Of a stretch of 64,000 bases of DNA, positions 26,060-37,143 are shown in pieces (positions within the stretch are counted from its first letter, which is position 1; the number at the start of each line of letters is the position of its first letter). The stretch is taken from positions 62,001-126,000 of the forward strand of contig NIVC01001752.1 in the NCBI GenBank assembly GCA_002269645.1, written 5' to 3'. Position numbers and translations under genes: made by a program. Under the pieces are notes generated by a model. The model made no database searches and was not told the DNA's origin. It saw nothing but the letters and a program-made list of their open reading frames with translations. This DNA comes from Macrostomum lignano (lineage: Eukaryota).

Positions 26060-28936
26060 TCTCCCCCCCTCGAATCGAACCGGCGGCACGCCTCGGTTCG
26101 CACGCACCGGGTAGCGGCGCTCTGGCTCTTGGGCGGGCTCGCCGAGTCCGCTTGGCTGGTCTTGATCGAGATCGTCGGGCTGATGCTGGGCGAGCTGCTC
26201 GCCAGTCCGGAGATCGATAGGATTGTCTGGCTGCTGCTGGACTGGCTTAGTCGGCTGCTCAATGACCGGACTCAGCTGGTCGGCGTGAGCAAGGGTGACC
26301 TGACCTCCGTGTCGAGCGATCAGTGCCGTGTTTGTGCCCTTCTGTGCCACGAACTCGGCTTGCTCTTGCTCCTGTTTGCCACCGGGTGTGTACCAGACGC
26401 TTGCTCCGATGGGGGTCTGCATGGTGATCGGGTTGCGCAGCTGCCGACCCATGAGCTGCGCCGGGCTCTGCATTCGGCCTGCGTGCGGCACGCATCTGTA
26501 GTTGAGGAGCAGCCTGGACAGAAATGAGTCGTAGGGCTCTGATCGCTGATCCCAGGCTGCTGATGCTCTCTTGATGGACTGGACCATCCGCTCCGCCAAG
26601 CCGTTGGATTGCGGATGTCTCGGTGGCGTTTTTACAGCGCGGCAGCCGATTCTCTCTAGCCAGGCGAGCAGATTAGCATCATGAAACTCGGCTGCATTGT
26701 CGCTGACGAGCACGTGGGGCACACCGGTTCTCGCGAAGACGGACTGCAGCACTCGCTTGACAGTGGCCGCGTCTCTGTTAGGCACTCGTACAGCCTCCGG
26801 CCAGCCGGACATCGCGTCGACCAGAATTAGCAGCAGCCCGGCCTTTGGAACGTTTGCGTGGTCCATGTGTACCCTGTGCCAGGGCTCCTGCTCCTCCGGC
26901 CACCGATGGACAGCCGCCGAACCGCTTGGCCGCAGTCTCGAGCAGGTTGGACAGTTGCGAATGAAGAACTCCACGTCGTTGCAGTAGCCGGGCCACCAGG
27001 CGGAGTTCTGCAGGCGAGCGCGCGTCGAGCCGGACCCTTGATGCGTGTCGTTGTGCACAAGTCGAAGAACTTTTTGCCGGAGGACGGCCGGAATGACCGC
27101 CCGGTCGCCATAGCAGAGAACTCCGTCCTCGACAATCAGAGCATTCCGGGCCGCTTTGAACGGTCTTTCAGCCGGAGAGCAGTTCGACCATCTGTTAGTG
27201 ACGACTCGCTTTGTGACATCCATCAGCAGCCTCTCCCTCTGGGTTTCAGCCTTGAGTTCCTGCCATGGGATAACAGCCTCCGCTGTCCAGTGGATAATGC
27301 TCTCCAGCCGCTGCTCAGTCTGGTTCTCGGAGCCGTCACCATCGAAGTCTAGCCGTGACAGCGCATCGACCTGCGGGATCGACTCGCCTTTCGTGTAGAC
27401 GATATCGTAGTCGAAAGCCATTAGTTTTATGGCCCACCGAAGCAGCCTGGCATTTGCGACTTTCGGCAGTTGGCGTCTCGAGCCGAAGATGAACTCCAGC
27501 GGGCGGTGATCGGTTATTAGTGTAAAGCGCGATCCCAGCAGGAATTGTTTAGCACGCTCCATGGCCCAGACGATTGCGAGTGCCTCTCTCTCTATGTTTG
27601 AGTAGCGCGTCTCGGTGCTGCTCAGCCGCCTGCTGAAGTACATTATCGGGTGACCATCTTGTGACAGAATCGCTCCGATCGCCTTCTCGCTGGCATCGGT
27701 GGTGAGCGTCGTTTCCTTGCGCTTGTCGTACGGTTTGATGACCGGTCCTCGGCTGAGAATGTCCTTGATGAGCGAGAACGCTGATTGCGCAGCCGGACCC
27801 CAGTTGAACTCAGCAGCTCGGGCTCGCAGCTGATTGAGCGGCTCGACGATGTCAGAGTAGCTCCTGATGAACCTCCCAAAGAAGTTCGCGAGTCCTAGGA
27901 AAGATTCTAACTGCTTTTTGTCCTTGGGCGGTTTTACCGAGCGGATTACCGAGCCGAGACAGGCAATGGTCGAGCCGTCAAACTGCCGCAGAATCCTTTT
28001 GCAATTACGCAGAGGCGGTTGGCCCAGTTGTCTCCAGAGGTTCTGCGGGATGAGGCTGACCTCCGCTCCAGTGTCGATCTGCATTGGTACGCCACAGCCG
28101 TTGATCTTGATGGTTTTGAAGAGGCCTGTCTTTGCTGCGTTAGGGCCAAGGGCGTATATTTCCGCCTCATCGGTTTCCGTTGTCTCCAGATGGACAGCTC
28201 GAGACCTGCAGACAGCCGAAAAGTGGTTCTTCTTCTGACACTTGCTGCACTTTTTTCCGAACGCGGGACAGTTGCCTCTGGGGTGACTCGTGCCACAGAA
28301 TCCACATTTAGCCATTTCCTTTGAAGGTGGTACATTTTTGTGCTGTCTGGTGAAAGCAATGTCCGCGGTTGTGGGAGCGTTGTAGTCTCTGATCTGCTCC
28401 AAGTGTTGAAGGCTCTGCAGAATACCGTCAAGCAGCAGGTCACCCTCTTGTAGCCGCTCGAGAATTCGCTTTTTGTGCTCGGCTGAGATCAGACCATCAA
28501 TAAGTCGCATGACGATCATATCGTTCTCCTTTGACTGCTTGCTTCCTAGCGTCTCAAACTCGCATAGAGATGCGGCAGCCCTCAGTCTCCTGAAGTAGAC
28601 CATGACGCTCTCACCCACTTCTTGTTTTATGTTGAGGAACTTGGTGCGCTCCGCGATGACGAGGCGTTTCTTCGGGCGAATAGTGCTGTCGACTAGGGTT
28701 TTGATGTTGTCAAATTTTAAATCTTCCAATTTTTTTGGCGCTGCCATGAGAGACAAGGTGCGAATCGCCTGGAGTCCCGCCTTTGACAGAAACAAATCAG
28801 TTTTGTCGCGAGCTTCGTCGGAGTCGGCGAGCTTCTTGATACGTGCTGTCGCCGATAGCTGTTGCATCCAAGCCTCAGCCATCTCTGCATCTTCCAAATT
28901 GAGCTCTTGGCTCTGTCTAACTGCTTGCGACGCCAT
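26057..28936 (-). CDS. Gag-protease-(RT deleted)-RNase H-integrase polyprotein, 959 aa
   Basis: Two zinc knuckles (CGFCGTSH...C and CSKCQKKNHFSAVC), aspartic protease IDTGA, RT thumb LESFLGLANFFGRFI, RNase H TDAS...EREAL...TDH, and integrase HH-CC plus D-D-E (MDH, SDN, LAER). There is no LPFG/YxDD RT core. Confidence 0.92.
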   Translation of the reverse strand: MASQAVRQSQELNLEDAEMAEAWMQQLSATARIKKLADSDEARDKTDLFLSKAGLQAIRTLSLMAAPKKLEDLKFDNIKTLVDSTIRPKKRLVIAERTKFLNIKQEVGESVMVYFRRLRAAASLCEFETLGSKQSKENDMIVMRLIDGLISAEHKKRILERLQEGDLLLDGILQSLQHLEQIRDYNAPTTADIAFTRQHKNVPPSKEMAKCGFCGTSHPRGNCPAFGKKCSKCQKKNHFSAVCRSRAVHLETTETDEAEIYALGPNAAKTGLFKTIKINGCGVPMQIDTGAEVSLIPQNLWRQLGQPPLRNCKRILRQFDGSTIACLGSVIRSVKPPKDKKQLESFLGLANFFGRFIRSYSDIVEPLNQLRARAAEFNWGPAAQSAFSLIKDILSRGPVIKPYDKRKETTLTTDASEKAIGAILSQDGHPIMYFSRRLSSTETRYSNIEREALAIVWAMERAKQFLLGSRFTLITDHRPLEFIFGSRRQLPKVANARLLRWAIKLMAFDYDIVYTKGESIPQVDALSRLDFDGDGSENQTEQRLESIIHWTAEAVIPWQELKAETQRERLLMDVTKRVVTNRWSNCSPAERPFKAARNALIVEDGVLCYGDRAVIPAVLRQKVLRLVHNDTHQGSGSTRARLQNSAWWPGYCNDVEFFIRNCPTCSRLRPSGSAAVHRWPEEQEPWHRVHMDHANVPKAGLLLILVDAMSGWPEAVRVPNRDAATVKRVLQSVFARTGVPHVLVSDNAAEFHDANLLAWLERIGCRAVKTPPRHPQSNGLAERMVQSIKRASAAWDQRSEPYDSFLSRLLLNYRCVPHAGRMQSPAQLMGRQLRNPITMQTPIGASVWYTPGGKQEQEQAEFVAQKGTNTALIARHGGQVTLAHADQLSPVIEQPTKPVQQQPDNPIDLRTGEQLAQHQPDDLDQDQPSGLGEPAQEPERRYPVRANRGVPPVRFEGGR

Positions 28937-29238
28937 TGACGTGTCGTCGATTAAATGAAACAAGTCTAGCTTAATTATGCATGGTCAAAATGCTGTTGTA
29001 TTTCACGATTTCAAAGCGAGAGAAAACTAACGATATATAGCAAACACGATAGTGATAATATTGGGGTGGTTGGTGCAGTGCGCGCACAGAAGGCATAAAA
29101 TAAATAAAGTTCTTAGAGTGAATACGTACATCTGAACACTTCGGGTGTAAGAAGGCATTGGCTCATTGGTTCAATAAAATATATACTCGTAGATCAATAA
29201 CTCAAGAGTCTGACCCTGCAAACCAACACGCCGCCTCA
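28937..29238 (-). repeat. 5' LTR
   Basis: 302 bp, directly followed on the minus strand by the PBS and start codon (ATGGCGTCG). Confidence 0.95.
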
Positions 29239-29399
29239 CCAATTAAAAACTGGTAGATTCAAGTGATTAGTGCCAAGATAAAAGCAGGCATAAAAGGCAC
29301 CAAAAAGAGGCGCCCAGAGAAGAGCGCCATATGAGAAAAGTGCTATTTGGAGAGCCAAACTGAAACCGTGAAGAGAAAAATGTCAAAATGCGAGAAGAT

Positions 29400-29641
29400 A
29401 AGAGCCAAGGTAAGCGCCAAAGTAAGCGCCGAGATAAACGCAAAAGTAAGCGCCAAGATAAGCGCGAAAATAAGCGCTAAGATAAGCGCCGAGATAAAGC
29501 CAAAGTAAGCGCCAAGATAAAGCCAAAGTAAGCGCCAAGATAAAGCCAAAGTAAGCGCCAAGATAAAGCCAAAGTAAGCGCCAAGATAAAGCCAAAGTAA
29601 GCGCCAAGATAAAGCCAAAGTAAGCGCCAAGATAAAGCCAG
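29400..29641. repeat. 23-bp minisatellite AAGTAAGCGCCAAGATAAAGCCA
   Basis: Visible directly. Confidence 0.9.
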
Positions 29642-30635
29642 CAAGATACATGTAGATCAAAACATGTTGCACAAGTCTTGATTAATTTTCAGCTCTACTG
29701 TAGGCGATAAATTTATTGAAAATTCGCGAGTACCATCTCTACAAAAAATAAATTATAAAGATCAACTCGGTAAGGAGAAGTCACGTTCCAAAACCCAGGG
29801 CTGACAAATCATCTGTGTTAGTCCACCTGCAGTGTTTTCATTTTGATTTTTGACCTCAACAAAGGGAAGCTGCAACAGGATGACTTCGTGACTTTACCAA
29901 AACAGAGAACGAGCTTCAAAATAGTTGCAAAAATTTAGTTTGAAAAATGAAGATTAAAGTCGTTTTTCAACAAGCTTCGAAAAGTAATTTTTTAATAACC
30001 ATATTCGCTGTTAGCTACTATTTAAACATTATTCAGTAGTCTAAAAAGCAAATCTACCATTTAAGTGTAAAATAAAGTCAGTAAAAATTGCCATAGACAC
30101 CAGCAAAAAGCTGCTTGAGCAGATGCAGGAATATTTTTGCCAATTGATCAATAATTTTAAGCACATTCCGTTCGAGCGAGTGTTTGAAAGATCTTTTTAA
30201 CAAAGTAGCAGATATCGAACCAACGTCTGTACAATGCTTCGTCTCGGTAAGTTGTCATCTTTACATACTATTATTTTACATTCCTATAAATTAGGGGTCG
30301 GAAATCTTATTTAATTCAAGGGCAAGACAGAGAATCTAGCGTATTAATGCGTGCCAGAGGGGAAAGAGGAGAGAAGAGAGGAGATGAGAGAAGAGACACA
30401 GACCTTGAGCGGGCGGAGCCGAATTACTATTGTGAAATTTTTAAGGACCTGAGGGCCCAGTTAGAGCCAAGTTAGGTTTATCATCTTACGAGCTAAAATA
30501 CTTGATTTACGTACGTCTCAATAACTGTAATGCTTCCATCAGAACCGCTAAAAGAAGTTTGAATGAATAAACATTTAAAAAAGATCGCAAGTCCCAAACA
30601 CCTCTCGCCACCCAGACGAGAGCCCAGTCGTATCG

Positions 30636-32708
30636 ATGACCTACGGCCGGATTTCTTCCGACACAAACGAGACTTCAACAACCGCCAGCACAACTTGGGC
30701 AGCCATCGCTGATACAGTTGTCCAGTCCATGTCGGCAGCCGCCACCACGTCCACAGGGGACGGAGCTGACCCGGAGATAATCACCGAATTGAATGTCTCC
30801 TCATCGGCCGCCGACAGCTCGGATTGCACAACGACAAGTTCCACTTCGGTTTCGTCATCCTCTGGCTCTGTCGACGGTCAGCCAGTGCAGCTTCGAATGT
30901 CTTCTCGGGAGTCGACAGTACTCGCCGAAGCGCTGAGGCTTGCCGGTCGACGAAAAGTTGTCCGACCGTTGCAGCAGCAGCAGCAGCAGCAGCAGCAGCT
31001 AGCGTTGACTCCGCCTCCGCCACCACCTCCGCCCCCGAGACCGTCTCTAGCCGGGCACAACATCTCCCATCGGCGATCCGAAAGCGCCCAGGAAAAGTCG
31101 CAGAATGTGAAACAGCCCGCGATGCTGCAAAATACAGGCAGCACGAGGACGGAGAGCGAGGAGAACTACGGGCTTCCGCCAGCTACGAACCAGAAGCCTC
31201 TAGTTGGCAACATGGCGCCAGATTGGTCGCTCATGCAGCCGATGCTGCAGAAAATGGTAGCGGACATGTCAACCTCGGATAGGCGAAAGTACGCAGTCAA
31301 TCAGCTGACGGAGGGAGACCTCAAAGACGCGATGCGACTGTTTTTAGAGAAACAAAAGACCAAACTGAGGCAGCACTCGACCACCCAATCGAAAACCCCA
31401 GGCGCCGGTCAAACGCAGCGGGAAGTTGAGGTCAGCAGCGGTAGCGGAGACGGGCCCAGGCAGCTTGTTAAGCTGGTAATCTGTGTGCCCCGTCAGAAGC
31501 ATCAGCACCGATCAATGTCAGTGTCCAGAACCAGCACTATCGACCAATCAGCCATTACCGCGGCCGGTCAGGCCAAGAAGCCTCCCCAGCCGGTTCTGTC
31601 GTCAAGACCAAAACAGTCTCAGCAGCCTTCAAAGTTGTCAATGCAGGACAGCGTACACCGGGGCAGCATAATGCCGGTGAAGATGGCCGTTCCAGCCAAG
31701 GAAGAGTCTCCAGAGGAGGACTGCCTGACGATGCCAGGAGTGGAGCTCTGCCGCGACAGCAGCACCAGCAACACCCCGCCAGCGGCAACGACGGCAGCCA
31801 AAGAAGCCAAGCCGTCTGACGTCACCAAGCTCGCGCGGTCGAAACCTGTCAATCAGCCGGTTGGGAAAGGTCAAGAACGAATCTCGCTGGCTCCGGATCT
31901 GATTGGCGGCCTCAGCAAGCGGTTGCAGAAGGAATACGACGAGGCGCAGAGTACTACCTCATTGCCGGGCAATCAGAAGAAGGACTGGAGTAACGATACC
32001 TCTAGCGATCAGGTGCACAATGATGCCAGCATCAAAGAGAACGCTAAAAAGGCGGAGACGGCTGTCGTCAAATATCAACTGAACCTGACCAGTGAGGAAA
32101 CAACCAAGAAAACAGAGTCTAACGAAGCCAGTGCAGGGCCAGACGAGGACAAGGAGGCAATCGCGGAAGACGAGGACCCCTGGCCGCAGAAGGACTCTGT
32201 AGTTTTCTGCGACGAAGCCAACAGAGTGCAACGCGCTAGCGAGGAGATCATCGAAGAGGAAGATGAATATGAAGAATCTGAAGACGGCTTGGATTGTAAG
32301 AAGTCTCTGAGGTTGTCTTATCAAAAGGAAGAGGAGGAGAAGCTGCGAAGGCAGCGCGAACTCGAAGAGGCTGCCGAGGCGGCGGCTGCAGCAGAGGCGG
32401 CGGCGAAGCAGACGGCAATCAATGCGGCCATCAGGAATGAGCTGTGGCGCAGGCTGCTGTCAGCCAGGGTGCCACGGCTGAGCTGCCCACCAAAGCTCAC
32501 CGGTCATCTGTCCGGTCACGAGGAGCAGGTGGCGGTTGCCAAGAGACTCATAGCCAACATGAGTCGAATGCAGCCCCGCCGTAGCCGCATGGACATGGAG
32601 CGGCTGAAGCACACACTGAAGCTGGACAACAAGGAGCTGAAGCTGAACCAGTGTCGAAGGAGCAGCAGCGACGATACAAACGGACAGGAGAAGTGGCTGG
32701 AGCTCTGA
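30636..32708 (+). CDS. Intronless 690-aa low-complexity protein of unknown function
   Basis: Uninterrupted, non-repetitive, GC-rich ORF flanked by AT-rich DNA. It has an in-frame stop upstream, poly-Q/P/E/A tracts like those in the neighbouring genes, and AATAAA at 32789-32794. I recognise no domain. Confidence 0.75.
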   Translation: MTYGRISSDTNETSTTASTTWAAIADTVVQSMSAAATTSTGDGADPEIITELNVSSSAADSSDCTTTSSTSVSSSSGSVDGQPVQLRMSSRESTVLAEALRLAGRRKVVRPLQQQQQQQQQLALTPPPPPPPPPRPSLAGHNISHRRSESAQEKSQNVKQPAMLQNTGSTRTESEENYGLPPATNQKPLVGNMAPDWSLMQPMLQKMVADMSTSDRRKYAVNQLTEGDLKDAMRLFLEKQKTKLRQHSTTQSKTPGAGQTQREVEVSSGSGDGPRQLVKLVICVPRQKHQHRSMSVSRTSTIDQSAITAAGQAKKPPQPVLSSRPKQSQQPSKLSMQDSVHRGSIMPVKMAVPAKEESPEEDCLTMPGVELCRDSSTSNTPPAATTAAKEAKPSDVTKLARSKPVNQPVGKGQERISLAPDLIGGLSKRLQKEYDEAQSTTSLPGNQKKDWSNDTSSDQVHNDASIKENAKKAETAVVKYQLNLTSEETTKKTESNEASAGPDEDKEAIAEDEDPWPQKDSVVFCDEANRVQRASEEIIEEEDEYEESEDGLDCKKSLRLSYQKEEEEKLRRQRELEEAAEAAAAAEAAAKQTAINAAIRNELWRRLLSARVPRLSCPPKLTGHLSGHEEQVAVAKRLIANMSRMQPRRSRMDMERLKHTLKLDNKELKLNQCRRSSSDDTNGQEKWLEL

Positions 32709-33559
32709 TGATCCAAGTTCTGTTGTTCAACCCTTGTATTCATTTTTCCTTCATCATTCATGCTTATTTACATTCAACCAACTATGATAATAAAAAGTGT
32801 ACTTTTATTTTTGTATGCAATCTATTTAAAGAACGAAGACCAGTCAAGCTACTCATAGTAGCTGAAAAAACAAGCATTTTTTAATTTCTTGATTTTACAG
32901 ACTGAAAAATATTCATAATTATATATTTGACAAGATTAAGTTCTTGCTAGCGTTCTATAAACTCTATGTTTATATATTTAAATACCATTTCACCGAAACG
33001 AAGACAACAGTTACAGAAAAAAACATTCAGTAAGATACTACTCATAGTGTGCAAGTACTTATTACTTTAAATTAAATTAAAAATGACAAACTAAAAATAA
33101 AATACTTAAAGTACTTTGAATTTGAACTGAAATTATATAGTTAAACATTCGCAAAAACTGATAACTAAGAATCTGAGATAACTCGTGGATAACTGAGAAT
33201 GACAGCAAGGTGGGGATTACGAGCATTTTACAACATAGCGATGCCTTTATGATGCGCTAGAAATCAATTATAAAACAAGAGAATTTAAACATGCTTTCAG
33301 ACAAGGCTGAAATAAAAATTGCCAATGAAATCGTTGTACGAAGTATGTCACAAGACGAAAACAGCAAGCACTGTGGCTGTATAGTGACACTACAGAAACA
33401 CTTGGAAAAACCAGCTCGCAAAAGCGCTGACACCAGCAATGTTCTATGCATACAAGCGATGATTATGAAATTAAAAAATATTGATTTTTTGGCTACTAAA
33501 ACTTAATGCTTATAAAATGACTTTTAAGTTTAATTGAGAGTTTATAATGCATTTCATTC

Positions 33560-33932
33560 TGGGATCTGAGGGGCTGGTCCAGCAACTGAGGATCTGGGAG
33601 GCTGGTGGCCCAGCAACTGAGGATCTGGAAGGCTGGCCCAGCAACTGAGGATCTGGGAGGCTGGCCCAGCAACTGAGGATCTGGGAGGCTGGCCCAGCAA
33701 CTGAGGATCTGGGAGGCTGGCCCAGCAACTGAGGATCTGGGAGGCTGGCCCAGCAACTGAGGATCTGGGAGGCTGGCCCAGCAACTGAGGATCTGGAAGG
33801 CTGGCCCAGCAACTGAGGATCTGGGAGGCTGGTGGCCCAGCAACTGAGGATCTGGGAGGCTGGCCCAGCAACTGAGGATCTGGGAGGCTGGCCCAGCAAC
33901 TGAGGATCTGGGAGGCTGGCCCAGCAGCTGAG
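33560..33932. repeat. 28-bp minisatellite CAGCAACTGAGGATCTGGGAGGCTGGCC
   Basis: About 13 copies. Confidence 0.93.
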
Positions 33933-34435
33933 GATAATCAAACTTACAACAAAAGAATCAGTGATGAGGCAGATGCATCTGTAACTTAAATATTCAAACC
34001 GGCAAGTTTAGTTGCAATTTTTCGATGCGATGGAACATAAACAAACGCAGAAAAAAATAATAACAAAACTGTAAAAAAAGTTTGTGGAAACACAAGCGGA
34101 GACGCAGCTCGGGGTCTACTAATAGGCGCGCTAGGCAACACATAAAGCATAAAAAGCCTTGGACAGAACGGCTAATAAAAGCAGTCAAAGCCAGCGCTAA
34201 ACGGACTGTATTAAGTAGTGCACAACAACCGTGTGATAACAATAAGAAATTAATGAATCAAGAAAATCTAAAATCAATGAAAGAAGCCTGCTAAAAAATA
34301 GACTCTAGACTCTAGACAACTCTAAAACGATAAGTCGCCTCTCAATCACTCAATTGTTTGTTGTTAAACTGTTTGCAACAAATTTTCAGACAATTGTTTT
34401 TGTCACAGGTAACGTTTTCTTCTAAACGAAAAAAT

Positions 34436-37112
34436 CTACTTTGACAGAGCCGGTGTCGGAGGCGGCGGCGCGGCGCCGTTCGATGCAGCGACCTGATAAT
34501 TACTCTGGTCAGTATCTGCTGACGAGAACTCGAATGATTCTTTAACAAAACCGGAGTCTCCAGAAGAAGTGTTAAGAAGAGTTTCCTGATCCTGATTAGC
34601 AACTGTTGCTGCTGAAGAGGTTGCCCAGGTAGCAGAGACGATTGGAGTGCTTACAGCAAAACGGCCAACCTTTCTAGTGGGCGGAGTAGGCGTTGGTTCG
34701 GCACCTGTTTCACCTGAAATTTTCAACAGTCATAAAAATGGTTAAGGTCGGTTAATTGTCTAGTTACTACACCTGTCCTAATAGGCAGATGTGGCCCTAA
34801 TAGACAGCTCAGCCGCAGCCTATTGCGCGGCGCATCTGAAGGCTGCGTACGGCTGTACAGTCCAAGGACTGGGGGGTCGCCACACACTCTCAATTACCCC
34901 AGCTAATGTGGGGAGAATCGAACCCAACGCTCTAACCACTACCCAGAGAGTGCCCTCCTGTAAATATTAATTTCTTATTTGTAACAACTATTATCCTTTA
35001 TATTGATAAAGCTCTCTACAATGTACATAAATATCGCAAGATTTATCAGGATAACGAACGAGAATTAACGAATCAAAATAGTGATGGAACTGCGTACTGA
35101 AAGCGCACAGACAGACAAAAGCAAATTGTGAAATTTACTAAATTTTGTAGCATATATACTACTTCCTTTGCTAGGTTTACTAGCAGTAGTATATATAAAA
35201 GAAAGTTACTGCTCAGCTTACAAAAAAGCAAGGAAAAAGCATAAAGGCAAAATTAACAGCGAAATAAATAAAAACTACAACTTGTACTTGCTTTTTCTGT
35301 AGACGAACAATTTACGGATTTAATGCTGTGAGGGATCTGTCACAGTTTTTTTACTGAAAATTGGCTGGAAGTAGTATGTTACACCAATACTGTAAATATA
35401 GTGCGAAATATTAAAATGATAAAGGCTAATACTTTTTTTACTACTTATTACTCTAAGTCTAATTATGATGCAATGATTATAATTGATAATAATATCAATA
35501 ATTCACATATTCTACAATAGATATATGCCATAAAAGGAAAATTTAGGTTTATTTGGTGTTATAAGTCGAAGGATAAAGGATAGATGATAAAACACCAGGG
35601 AAACAGGTCGAAAAGGCAGAGGAGATGCAGAGGAGGAGAGGAGAGAGGAAAGGTTGTAGAGGAGAGAGCAAGACAGAGGGGAGAGATATGTAGAGATGAA
35701 AGGAAGATAGGTATGGAGACGTGAGAGAAATGGAGAGGGGAGATGAGAAAGAGTGAGACAGAGAGAGGAGGGAGGGAGACAGAGAGGAGAGAGATGGAAT
35801 TAAAGGGAGATAGATGTGGAGATGTAAGAGAGATGGAGAGGGGAGAGAGTGAGATAGAGAGGAGAGAGTGAGATAGAGAGGGGAGAAAGTGAGATAGAGA
35901 GGAGAGAGAGTGAGATAGAGAGGAGAAAGTGAGATAGAGAGGAGAGAGAGTGAGATAGAGAGGGGAGAGAGTGAGATAGAGAGGAGAGAGAGTGAGATAG
36001 AGAGAAGAGAGAGTGAGATAGAGAGGGGAGAAAGTGAGACAGAGAGGAGAGAGAGTGAGATAGAGAGGAGAGAGAGTGAGATAGAGAGGAGAGAGAGTGA
36101 GATAGAGAGAAGAGAGAGTGAGATAGAGAGGAGAGAGAGTGAGATAGAGAGGAGAGAGAGTGAGATAGAGAGGAGAGAGAGTGAGATAGAGAGGAGAGAG
36201 AGTGAGATAGAGAGAGGAGAGGGTGAGATAGACATGGGAGAGAGTGAGATAGAGAAGAGAGAGAATGAGAGATTGAGAGACGGAGATGAAAAGGAAAGAG
36301 CGAGATGGAGAAGGGTGAGAATGGGGGATAAAGAGAGGAAGAGGGGACACCGCAAGCAGCCGACACACAGACAGACAGACAGCCCCGCCAGACCAAAGCC
36401 CCCAACAGCCTCACCAATAGGACTGGAAGACGCAACAGGCGGCTCGGTGGGCAGCCCGGCAGTTGGCGCCGCTGGAATTGAATCAGTTGAAGGTGCAGCG
36501 GAGCGCTGCACAGTCTGCAGCAGGGCCAGCACATCGGTCAGCCGCATCCCGGGGCCGCATTGGAAGGCCGTAGCGGTGACCTGGCCGGTACCGGCGCTAC
36601 TGGAACCAGACTCAGCGGAAGCTGGACAGATCAGAACGCACCGACCGGACTGCAGCTCAGGCAGAGGAATCTGGATTGGCGGCTCGCCATCAACTTGAGA
36701 CGGCAGCTGGAGTATGGGTGGCAGTCTTTGCTGTTGCTCTTGAATCAGCTGTTGCTGTCTCTGCTGCTGCAGCAGGTAGCTCTGGTACTGCTGCTGAGGC
36801 CAGTGAGGAGCCACGCCAGGTCTGGACGGTCCGGGCGAAGGCAGGGTGGCGCATTGATGAGGCGTCTCCCCGCCGCCACTGTCATCAGGGCTGTTGCCGA
36901 GCGATCGTCGGCAGCAACCGCGACGGCGTCGGGATGGCTGAGACGCCGGCTGGCTCCCGGGCTGGCAGGCTGGGGGATGTCGGGGTGCTGCTGGTGCTGC
37001 TGCAGGTGCCTGGATGCGGACACAGTAACGACCGCTGTAGCGGCTGGTGGCGGCGGCAGGAGCAGAGGGTTTTTCTGCGGCTGCGGAGTGGGCGGTGGAG
37101 CCTGCTGTTGCT

Positions 37113-37143
<31 letters not shown>

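Larger units (their letters stand above)
25758..29238 (-). mobile_element. Ty3/Gypsy (Mag-like) LTR retrotransposon, internally deleted for RT
   Basis: 302-bp direct repeats at 25758-26059 and 28937-29238, both TGA...TCA, with 3 mismatches. 5-bp TSD CCAAT at 25753-25757 and 29239-29243. PBS TGGCGTCGCAAGCAG at 28921-28935 and polypurine tract at 26060-26070. Domain order gag-PR-RH-IN. Confidence 0.97.

Noticed and set aside
26023-28958. Antisense and alternate-frame ORFs inside the LTR element, TOP1 and the lectin gene
   Set aside because: They are shadow ORFs of GC-rich coding sequence, with no independent motifs.
30237-33006. Imperfect 14-bp inverted pair (CTTCGTCTCGGTAA and TCACCGAAACGAAG) flanking the 690-aa ORF, suggesting transposon capture
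   Set aside because: It has two mismatches, no TSD and no transposase; chance or an unrelated short repeat is likely.
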